A program made the translations under genes and the position numbers. A stretch of DNA of 32,012 bases from Octopus bimaculoides. Taxonomy: Eukaryota. Under the pieces are notes generated by a model that did not search any database, had not been told where the DNA came from, and was given only the letters and a program-made list of their open reading frames with translations. Shown here piece after piece: positions 1 through 10,800 of the stretch; positions within the stretch are counted from its first letter, which is position 1, and each line of letters begins with the position of its first letter. The stretch covers positions 26,693,244 to 26,725,255 of the forward strand of contig NC_068996.1 in NCBI RefSeq assembly GCF_001194135.2, given 5' to 3'.

Positions 1-92
1 ACTGAATCAAAATTAAAGCTATTTATGTATTTATTGTCCAATGCTCCATGTTTGTTTTTAATTATTAATTGTTGTTTTACCAATGTTTTCAG

Positions 93-246
93 GTGAAAAT
101 CTTAGTCCCTAATAGTACTGCAGGAATGATAATTGGTAAAGGTGGCATTTATATAAAACAAATTAAGGAGGAAAGTGGAGCGTATGTGCAGATATCTCAA
201 AAGTCAAAAGAAACAAATTTGCCAGAACGCTGTGTAACAGTTGCAG
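93..246 (+). CDS. nova: Nova/pasilla-family KH RNA-binding protein, exon encoding most of KH2 (gene begins upstream of the window)
   Basis: Acceptor ttttcag ends at 92, phase 0. Translates [51 protein letters not shown], matching Nova KH2 with its GxxG loop (GKGG). Donor G|gtgagt at 247, phase 1. Confidence 0.97.
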
Positions 247-932
247 GTGAGTGCAGCCTTGTTTTTAGTGTGTTTATTGTATTTTGAATTATTGTTTGAA
301 ACTGAATTTGTGACTAGTAAACATGTTCTCTTGTGTTGCATTTATTTTAAATTTTGTGCATGTATTATGAAAATGTTTGACATTTTGAAAGCTAAGTGTT
401 TTGCTGTAGTGTTTTGATTTCAAACATTGTGAACTTGATGATTTGTTGTCTTGGGCAGATTTATACTAGTGACCATTCATCAATAATAAAGTTGGACTCT
501 TTTCTTTTTACAAATTACATTGCATTTGTTATTTAGTTGCCATAAGCCTATTTACTATATTTATATTGCAAATGACTTTGGTATATTTATCACTAAAATT
601 TATAAACCATTCTAAATTTAAATATTTAATGGGGTGTTGACGGGTAAATTATGAATTTCTAAGAAATTTATCTGTTCTGGACTCTTCATTTGATGCTGCT
701 GAATATTTCTTGTCACCCTGACTTACTAAAATAGATAATATAGGTCTACACACTAAACATTTAATAAAAATATTTAGGAGCTATTTTTGTAACTTGACTG
801 AAATGTTACTACATTCATTGTTTAGAAAATTATTGTAAATAAGGTAGTTTTCGTTTATACTTTTTCCTAAATTTTAGTTAGTCTAAACTGTTTTTTCCAT
901 TTTTTTTTTCTTTCTCAATCTTTGTTTTGCAG
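247..932 (+). other. nova: 686-nt GT-AG intron interrupting KH2 of Nova
   Basis: gtgagt at 247; long polypyrimidine tract 890-930 and ttttgcag ending at 932. Splicing joins G+GT = Gly and continues DVESNRRAVDM in frame with the 965 ORF. Confidence 0.95.
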
Positions 933-2098
933 GTGATGTTGAGTCTAACAGAAGAGCTGTTGACATGATATTACAGAAGATTGTTGAAGATCCTCAAAGT
1001 GGAAGCTGTCCAAATATCAGTTATGCAGATTACACAGGACCAGTGGCCAGTGCTAATCCTACCGGGTCCCCTTTCGCTAACACGGACTATATACAAAACA
1101 GAAGTACAGAGATAGGATTAGCTAATAATAACTTTGGTGCTTTTGGTTTTGGTTTTAATGGAAATGCCTTTGGAAACAATATAGGAGCTAGCATGACGAA
1201 TCTGAACTTGAATGCAGCTTTAAGTGGTGGCACTAGTAATAGCATTAACAGTACAGCTTTGGATAACATAAAAATAACTCTGCGAGGAAATGGATTTTCA
1301 GATCAAGCAACCGAAGAAATAAGTACTGCCATGAACACTTTAGCTAGCTATGGTATATTAGCTAGTATGGGTTTAGGAATGGGCAGTTTGAATAATTTGG
1401 CAAACTTAGGAACTGGAAGCGGTCTAGGAACAGGACTGAATCTTAATTCATCTGGCTTGCAAGGCTCTAGCATGATGTCAAGTAGTACAACTTCAACCAC
1501 AAGTGTGAGCAGCCCTTTCTTTAACACTACCACCAGTACTAACAGTGCTGGTAGCCTTTTTGGTCCAGTTGGCAGTGGGTCATCCGGATTAGGAAGTTCA
1601 GGCTCCACTGGAGCCAACTCTAGTCTTTTCAGTAATTCCTCTCCTAGTATTGGCAACGAAAGATATGGGGGAAGTCCAATGCTCAATGATTCATTTGGCA
1701 ATGCTGCTAATTATCCCAGCAATCCTGGGTTCACTGGAACTCCAAGCATAGCTGGCGACAGGTCTCCTAATGTTAATCAAAATTCTTTTGGCCTCGGAAC
1801 TGGCATCTATAGCCCTGCTGATGACAAATCAGCCCCGGCAACTAAGCAAGAGATGGAGGTTCCGGAGACAATTGTTGGAGCTATCCTGGGACCTGGCGGG
1901 AAAGGCATCGTGGAAATACAACAGTTCACGGGCACCAACATTCAGATTTCAAAAAAAGGAGTCTATGTACCTGGTACCCGTAATCGTGTTGTCACCATAA
2001 CTGGTACTCCTAACAACATTTCCAAAGCCCAGTTATTTATCCAGCGGCGCCTCCAGCAAGAGGAAATGAAGAGGGCTCGTCAAGCTTCTACCCGTTAG
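933..2098 (+). CDS. nova: Nova/pasilla terminal coding exon: end of KH2, Ser/Gly/Asn-rich linker, KH3, stop TAG 2096-2098
   Basis: KIVEDPQSGSCPNISYADYTGPVASANPTGSPFAN is the Nova post-KH2 signature. KH3 is EVPETIVGAILGPGGKGIVEIQQFTGTNIQISKKGVYVPGTRNRVVTITG (about 1844-2053). Confidence 0.97.
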
Positions 2099-2112
2099 GG
2101 TACCCTCTCCCG

Positions 2113-2300
2113 CCATTTCATTGCACGGAAATTCCCCCTTTTTCTTTCTTTTTCTTTTTTTTTCTTAAATCCTCTCTCCCTCACTCTCACCCATTCCTCT
2201 TTTTTTTTTCTTAACTTCTCCCACTTTCATTTAAACATTTTTATTTATTTTATTTTATATTTTTTAAAATCAAATTAAACCCATCCCGAATCCTAACCAT
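2113..2300 (+). promoter_or_regulatory. YCAY cluster in proximal Nova 3' UTR (candidate Nova-binding element)
   Basis: Nine YCAY tetramers at 2113, 2118, 2181, 2187, 2191, 2221, 2227, 2281 and 2297, in a pyrimidine-rich context. Confidence 0.35.
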
Positions 2301-2322
2301 AAATATAATTCAAACAAAATAA

Positions 2323-2760
<438 letters not shown>

Positions 2761-2984
2761 TCAAAAATCATTTTTCCTCTTTCCACAGCTTGGAAAAAGG
2801 AATAGAAAACTTAAATACATTGCCTCTCCAATTTCTAGATATAACAAGATGAAAGCTAACCTTTTTTTCTTTATTTTTTCATCAAATTCATTCAGTATAT
2901 AATTCATTTATAAATTAAATTTCAAATGCTCTAAATGAATCCCATACAGCCTCAGAAGTGTTTAGTATCACATGCATACATACA

Positions 2985-3325
2985 TCCATATACAATTACA
3001 TACACACACACATATATATATATCTTCTCAAGGTGGGGAAAATTGAAATGCCTATGTTAATGAGCTTTTTTAGTGTTACGTTTTGTGTGTATATATATAT
3101 AAATGTATATATGTGTATGAATGTGTTTATGTGTTTAATTGTTATTTTTTACGTCTGTTTTCCATGCTATCATGGATTTAGATGTTTTAAATATGGATAT
3201 TTTCATGAACTGTGTGATTGTGTGTGTGTCTTGTGCATTGTGTGTATATATTTGTATATGTTTGTGTGTGTATATATATGTGTATATGTGTATACATACA
3301 TACATACATAAATGTGCACGCACAG
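2985..3325. repeat. Degenerate (CA/TA/TG)n microsatellite region
   Basis: Interrupted dinucleotide and tetranucleotide repeats. Confidence 0.85.
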
Positions 3326-5904
3326 TTTTTTGATTATATCTTTTGAGTTTTTATTTATATTAATTTAATGCTTTGAAAATATTTTTAAAAAATCAAAAAT
3401 TTCAAAAATTGAAAAAAATCTATTTAAAATGTTACACTCATCGTATTCATATTCTAGAAATAAGATACATTTAATCTGGATATCTAATCATCAGTATGTT
3501 CTAAAATCGATTAAGAACGTTTTGGTTTTATTTATTTATTTTTTTTTTCAAATGGAAATCATAACTTTAATGTTCAGGTCAAATTTGTTAGCTAATTGAG
3601 GCATTTATTTCTATATTTTTTAAATGTTTCTAGATTTTACATAATTTATTCAATAGCTATCTGATTGCCATATTCTCACTACAGAAAATCATCAATTTTT
3701 ATCTGATTGTCATAAACATGTTTGTGGCTGAGTTTAATGTATTCTGATAAATCTTACATCTTATAGTGAAAAGGTTGGCTTAATTTGAATTTCTGGTAGT
3801 TGGAAAGACAAAGTGACTATTTCTGTTATTTTCTTTTTGATTCACAGAGGCTTCCCTGAATATTATGAAAATGGAATGTGGTATTGAAATATCTGTTGCA
3901 GTCTCTTCAAGCAGCTTTAAAAACTGTTTTATTGAACCAAAATAGAATTAACTTTTCAGTGCTTAGGTCAAAATTTGTCTTTCACTGATACTTCTCATCA
4001 AGTATCAAAATATGTAGGTTGGCCTAAGATGAAAAAGAAATCTTGAGCAAGAAAGATGGTTATACCTGATTATAACATTATACATTCATTATTGTTTCAT
4101 TTTGCAAAAAGAAAAATAACAAAAAAAGACAAAAAAGAAAAAAAAAATATGAAGATAAAATGTAAAAAAAAAAAAATCATTCTCTTTTTATTTTCCTAAT
4201 AACCTATGTTTATTATATCAATGATTTATTAACTCGTATTTCAGAGCACCTATGTAATGAGAAATCAAAATCATCTTAATTCTATTAAAGCAATTTTTCA
4301 CCCTATAGATTCCATAAAATCTCCACATATCTATCTCTAAACTCTATTTATACCTATTTATATCCATGTATTTATATTGGTTATATCAACCTTTTCCTTG
4401 CATAAATAACTTCTAATTTCTAAACATCTCATTATTTGATTTATATTTTCCTCATTAAAATGTTTTAGTCTCTAAATTTCAGTTCAATTGTTATAGATTT
4501 TAATATTAAAATATATATATTTATATGTATATAATATATGTATATATATATATATCTTGTTGCAATGTTACAGTGATTCAGTGATTATAGTTTTCAATAC
4601 TGTTGCCCTGTTTTGTAATGTACTAGTTTCTAGTAGCTCCACACATACACACACACAAAATAAAACCATCCTTTAATGTTTGTAATTCATTCGCAGAATT
4701 TAAAATATTTACTCCATAAAATACTTTAAGTTACACATGCTTCTAAATAGCTCTAATTTAAATCTTGTTTGAGAGAAACTTTACTCTATAATAGTCTTGT
4801 ACTTGTATTAGATATTGAAAATATTTTAATTATTTCTGACAATTTTTTTAAAGCACATTTTGTGTGTGTGTTAGTCTCTGTCTTTTAGCAAGGTGTCTCA
4901 TTTCATTAGGGTTTTAAGTGAATCCTTTAGCTTAGGTTACATAGTTAATTTTCTCTCTATTATTTTGCTATCAATATTTATTCGTGAGTGTAATCTTCAC
5001 AGCATTTTATTTAATAATTGTATATGAAATGATTAATAGTTAGTCATGTGTCAGTAGATTTATACTCTTCCTTTTCATGTTGCATACATATTTTTTGAGA
5101 ATTTAATTAAGGAAACAATGTGACAAAAGGCATTTTAATGCAATTATCTTTAGGTGTTTTCTTCTGAATCTTAATATTTTAATCTTAAAAGTAGTTATGA
5201 ATACACTATTTTCACAGCTTTCTAAATATGCAATCAATTTTGAACTTTCCATTTTATTTGTGCAATTACATCATCATGATTGTACTATATTAATGCTATT
5301 TTATCTTCTAAACCATGACAATATTTCATTGAAACTATAAGTATATGATATTTGGTTTCATTTAATTAGATAGTTTGATGTTACACCCCATTCTATCAGT
5401 ATATTTACTAAGGCTAATCACTGAACTATCTAGTTGTTACATTTTTTGCATATTAGCACATTTTATTTAATTAGAAATTACATTTTGCAAAGTAAACTCT
5501 ATGCAAATATTTGCCTTAATATTGGAAATGGTTAAGATATATAGTCCTAGTCTATTATTATTATTATTATTATTATAGATTTGCTTATGCAACAATTTAA
5601 TGTAAAATTTTATTTTTTGAGGTATGGCTTGAAAATATCTAAAGTGAAAGAGGAAAACAAAACATTTACAATACTAAACACTTCAAAGGCAATTATTAAT
5701 TTTCCATCTATTTATTTTAAATTGCAGAGTCATTGTTTGAATCATAGAGGCTTTGTGTTATCACCTAAGGGATATGTATATCATTTGTATATACATATAC
5801 ACACATGCATATTTTACATATACATACACACACTCACACACATACATTTGTACCCCTCTTTCATTTTTCCTATCCCTTTAAAATCTGATATATTTTTTAA
5901 ATTA

Positions 5905-6114
5905 TCATTTCATTATTTGATTATTTTGTTTTAGGGGGCATTTACAGTTCCAAGAATGGCTGCACCTTTTTCTTCCATTTTTATGGTCAGCAGAGATATC
6001 TGGAATTATAAAGAATGATGCCTTCTGCTCATACCAACTTACAATGTGCCAGATATTTTTTATTACACAGCAAAGATGATGTACATGTTTGCATTGTATA
6101 TTTAAATTTTGCAA
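5905..6114 (-). pseudogene. Candidate terminal WD40-like exon remnant
   Basis: Open frame contains IKNIWHIVS and HSWNCK (WD-like IW/SW positions); gtaagt at 6042-6037. Weak. Confidence 0.3.
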
Positions 6115-6369
6115 TAATATAGTTATTCATGTGATATAATGAAAATTTTCATAAGTCTCTCTGCTAATCAGAATCAAGTAGAAAGGCTTCATAACTAGTC
6201 ACAATAACTTTACTCTATACTACATAAGCACCAATAAATTGTCAAGATATGACTACTATACATCATTTTCACTCTCCCTCTAAAAAAAACTAAAACTAAA
6301 TAGATCTATTTAAAATGCTAACAACATTTTGTCATAGTCTGTTAAAATTTTCCAATATTTACTTTTATA

Positions 6370-6455
6370 TATGTATATATATGTATTCACGCACACACAT
6401 GCACATATACATACACAATGAAGCACATATGTATGTATGTATATATATATGCACA

Positions 6456-6496
<41 letters not shown>

Positions 6497-6532
6497 TACA
6501 TATATATATGTTTGTGTGTGTGTGTGTGTGTG
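6370..6532. repeat. Compound (TA)n/(CA)n/(TG)n microsatellite
   Basis: Directly visible. Confidence 0.95.
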
Positions 6533-7396
6533 TAGTTTAAAGGTGAGCAATATCTCCTCATGCTGAAAGCAGTTTGAAGCTGGCATGGTCATGACAGAAA
6601 AAGCAATTGTTAAGTTTGCACATTTTGTTGGTCAATAATATATTTTGATATATTGCTTTTACCATTTGTTTACATGCCTGCTAATAGCAACAGCTATGCT
6701 ATGAGTGCGTAACAAGTATTGGAAATTTATTCTTCCATGTTGACACTCATTTGATGGTTCCTTCCAATCTTTTTATATTTCTGTGCTCACTGTTCACATT
6801 TAGTTTGCATTTGCAAAATTAATCTTCAATTTTAATCTGAAGAAAAAAATCACACAACATAGAAAATGATTGATTCAGCTTTCACTTTATTTATGTGTGT
6901 GTGTGTGTGTTTGTGTGTATGTGTGTTTGTGTATATCATATATACACACATACATACGCACACACATGTACATACCCACGCATACACATGAAGGTAGTAT
7001 CATTTGATATAGTGATTTAAGATACAAGTTGAGAAAAGATGTTATTTGCACCTGACATATTTATCATTAGAAATTTCATTATATGCTATATAAATGATTA
7101 TATGAAATTGGAATTGTTTATTTGAATATATAGTGCAAAAATGCTGTGTTTTTGCTATGTAATTAAAACATGTTGTGCTCAGAAATAAAAGCGGCCATTT
7201 TTTTAGGAAAGCTTTGTGAATCATACATCTGTGCATGAGTTCCAAATTGTGGAAAGACAAGAAAATGGATTTTCTCTTAATGCTGCGGTGTCACCCATGT
7301 GTGTTTGTGTGACTAATCAACCAATCACTTCCAGGTGTGTCCACTCTACTTTGCCCTCTTCTATATTCTCACAAAAGGAAAAAGTGGCATACTTAC

Positions 7397-7619
7397 AGGG
7401 CTGTGCATCTTCGTTTTTCACTAATAGTCATACCAGAATTGGTTGCATAATGTACATTAAAACACAAGCCATTAGTCCTTGCATTGCTGTATATAATTCA
7501 CCCACAAACTCTGGCTGTAGCCATCACTCTCATGTGCCCATCTGTGACAATGCACGGATCACACTAGGAAATGTAACATGGGCACTCATTAAATTTTTTT
7601 TTATAGTCAAGTTAACACA
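7397..7619 (-). pseudogene. Candidate WD40-like exon remnant
   Basis: Acceptor catattttag (AG 7621-7620) and donor gtaagt (7396-7391). One frame gives VMATARVCG*IIY, loosely like WD40 ATGSxDGxI. All frames are interrupted. Confidence 0.3.
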
Positions 7620-8189
7620 CTAAAATATGACATTGCTCAGGCATTTGAGGAAAGTTAAAAGTTGTGAGGTCAGTGAAATATTATTTGTATTGATGATGAT
7701 TATCATTCCAAGGTTATATAATTTTTCATTTTTCCTCTTCAGACAGATGGCTTATGTAATGTCATAATATATTTTCTAGCTGTTGGATCGACATTGAAGA
7801 AGAAACCTTTATATATTATGAATTGTTTTTTTTTTGTTTTTGTTTTTTTCCCCCCGTTAGAAAAATGTCAGCTTGAACGTTATCTTCGATATTTGTTCAA
7901 CTGCTTTACCTTGTATTTCTTATCTGTCACATTCAGTTTGTTACTGTTATTGTATAGTATAAATTTTTTAGGGGGTTTGGGGAAAAAAATTCTGCAAAAT
8001 CTGTCCTATCCAAAGGAAGTAATTTTTTTATTTAGTTTCATTTCCTTTTTCTTGTACTGCCTTAAAGGCTTAAATTATTTCATGGCAGTCATTTTTTTCT
8101 TTCCGCCCCTCCTTTTTTGGTTGATTAGATTAACAAGCTTTTGTTTGGTAAATTGTGAGAGAAAGCAATGAAATGGAGACTTTTTTTTT

Positions 8190-8540
8190 CTCTATGACTT
8201 ATTGAGGCTATTACTTCTGTACCACTTCGCCATAAAATTTCCATTCATGCAGGAAGAAAAATTGTTCATATTGATTATTCTTCCATCCCTTCAATCTGCC
8301 ACACTATTACAATTTAGCCACTACTATATTGCAATGACATATTTATTTAGGAATTTGTTGTATTCATTTTCTCCTGCAAAAAACAAACTAGCAGCTTTTT
8401 AGCCATTCTTTATTTCCATTCTCCTCCCTGCTTCTAACAATCTTTTACCCAATATTCACTTTTTCTGTTTCAATTCCAGTTACACTCGTTTACTGGTTCC
8501 AGCAAGAACGTTGTGGCCATGCTGGTTACTCTTTTATCTT
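8190..8540 (-). pseudogene. Two WD40-like exon remnants separated by a 75-nt intron (8448-8374)
   Basis: Donor tgg|gtaaaa at 8448; strong acceptor tttgttttttgcag (AG 8375-8374). The downstream block reads ...QYSSG*IVIVWQIEGMEE*; the upstream block gives RVTSMATT and, in another frame, VLAGTSKRV. Confidence 0.45.
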
Positions 8541-8861
8541 AGATATCAAGTTAATATTTAAATGCTATTAGCATTAGAAAGTATCTCTTCTTCATCTATA
8601 ATATCCATAGATAATGGCCTTTTAGTTTTGTTTTTCTTTTCATTTGATATATTGATATTTTACTGATGCCAACATGGCAGAATTACTTATCTCCTTTCCC
8701 AGTTTCTTCCTAATATTTAGATGCCAAGTGCCATCTGTATTTATATGGTTTTTCTTCACATTTTCTTCTTTACCCCTTTATTTTATTTTTAAGTAGAATG
8801 TTTGATTGCCGCAATAATTATCTATGAAAATTAATAAATCCCCACAGGCTTTTATTGTTTA

Positions 8862-8864
8862 TAC

Positions 8865-8907
<43 letters not shown>

Positions 8908-8917
8908 NNNNNNNNNN

Positions 8918-8953
<36 letters not shown>

Positions 8954-9020
8954 GTGTGTGTGTATGCTGGGGTGTATATATATATACATATATACATCTG
9001 TATATAATTTACACACACAT
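8862..9020. repeat. (TA)n/(TG)n microsatellite containing a 10-N gap (8908-8917)
   Basis: Directly visible. Confidence 0.97.
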
Positions 9021-9114
9021 ACACTTTATTGTAACAATAAGCTGCCACAATAGTTGTCTCATTACCGTGAGTGATAGATGAACTTGATTACATGTTCTTA
9101 ATTCAACTGTTTGT

Positions 9115-9153
9115 GTATATGTGTGAATATATAACATACATGTGTAACATGTT

Positions 9154-9222
<69 letters not shown>
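9115..9222. repeat. (TG)n(TA)n microsatellite
   Basis: Directly visible. Confidence 0.97.
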
Positions 9223-9229
<7 letters not shown>

Positions 9230-9632
9230 CACATGCACTGCAATTATATTCAACAATTTAAGCTATGGGAGTAATCATTCTGCAATACTTTTATTTTCAT
9301 TGGCCTCTTATTTTCTTTTTAAACATTTCTTTAAGAAAATTATAAAATCATAAGATTAGTTTCTGCTTTAAAATACCATTTTTCTGCACATATCCTGTTC
9401 TCATCACTTGAATGTTTTTCTAAAGAAAATAATGGTCACATAAACATAATCCCATGCAACACTCATGCATACATACAAACATACACATGCATTTGTTCAT
9501 TCACTCATTCAAATGCATATTTATATTCTAATCAGATACATAAATGCATACAGATTACACATGCATCCTTATTTTTTCCTCAGACATATACAGTTATATA
9601 TGCATTTGCTTATATATATATATAAATATATG

Positions 9633-9669
<37 letters not shown>

Positions 9670-10149
9670 TCATTACTAGCTTCATACATTTATCCACAGA
9701 CACTCTTGACTTATAAGAGTTTATTTAACATTCTTGCAATCTCTCTGCAGGGAATATTCATACCTTAAAATTAAGGTAATCTATTGTGATATATAGAGGC
9801 ATAATGTTTAGGGCTATAACGGGTACTTGTCTACTCGATGAGCCTAGCTGTTGTCCAACCAAGAATAGATTGTTCTATCAATATCTTGCATTAATAACAT
9901 TCTGTACATGCATATGTGTGCATACACATACTTTTGTGTGTCACACTCTTATGTTCACAAAGTAATATAAAATATTAGTTTGTGAATACACACACATATA
10001 ATATATATATACATATATATATATATATTTCAGTTTTATACATAAGAATATTAGAATATTTTATTTCCAGACACCCAGATTTAAAATCTTTAAATTTTAG
10101 TATTTCCTGGATATCTCACATCAATTATTTTCCAGTAAGCATGTTGAAA

Positions 10150-10270
10150 ATTTTCATGCAATATATGTATATAGATCAAAAGCAAGGTCATATTCTGATA
10201 TCCTTATCTTCAGAGCAATTTAAAGCTTCTGTGATACTGAAAGTTCTTCAGGCAGTGCATATTTCAAGCA
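10150..10270 (-). pseudogene. WD40 repeat remnant
   Basis: Minus strand reads FSITEALNCSEDKDIRI* with TGA at 10190-10188, exactly where the WD Trp of the SxDxTIRIW motif is expected. Confidence 0.55.
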
Positions 10271-10682
10271 TTTAAAAGTGGTCTTATAAATTAGTTATTT
10301 GACTAAAACAAAGAGCTTGGCTGGGCCAATAAACTATTTGGTACAATTTGAAGATATGACAAGTTGCTGATTGATTCATTTTTATTACATCAAAAGGACT
10401 TCATGTTAATCTAGTTGACTCAAGTATAACATTTTCTTCACAGTTAAACTGTTTTCTGATGTTGGTGTTTTGCGTGAAATTGAATTGTACTAATTTAAAC
10501 GAATGTTTATTTCAATATTCACTGTTATATCATATGTAAAGTTTCAAAGTTCAAGGGTGGATAGTTGTGAGTGCTTATAAATTTGTTAGCTTGTTATTTT
10601 ATTGCTAATATGATAATAAAATAAGACTTTACCAATGGATGTTTTTTTTTTTTATTTTGTTTGTACTCTTATCTCTATCTAC

Positions 10683-10800
10683 CTTTCTCCCCATTCCTCT
10701 TGGTTGGACAATAGTGATTTTGGATTCTAGTGTTTGCTGGGGCTTGTAGTGTCCTTTGTTCATTGGCTGTGTCAAATACTTGTAGCCCTATATTGGTCAC
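10683..10800 (-). pseudogene. WD40-like exon remnant (3' part)
   Basis: 39 open codons VTNIGLQVFDTANEQRTLQAPANTRIQNHYCPTKRNGEK, resembling WD40 IxVWDxxT....TLxGH; ends at donor aag|gtagat (10682). Confidence 0.45.

Noticed and set aside
69-287. ORF as a standalone 72-aa protein
   Set aside because: Only 93-246 is exonic; both ends run into intron sequence.
1087-2000. ORFs 1087-1269 (-), 1348-1701 (-) and 1770-2000 (+)
   Set aside because: Shadow frames of the Nova coding exon, with no independent signal.
3659-3714. Direct repeat ATCTGATTGYCATA, two copies
   Set aside because: Only two short copies in AT-rich DNA; no array or CRISPR-like structure.
7216-7623. 135-aa + strand ORF as an alternative Nova exon or small gene
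   Set aside because: GTG start, no recognisable domain, weak + strand splice sites; minus-strand motifs are at least as good.
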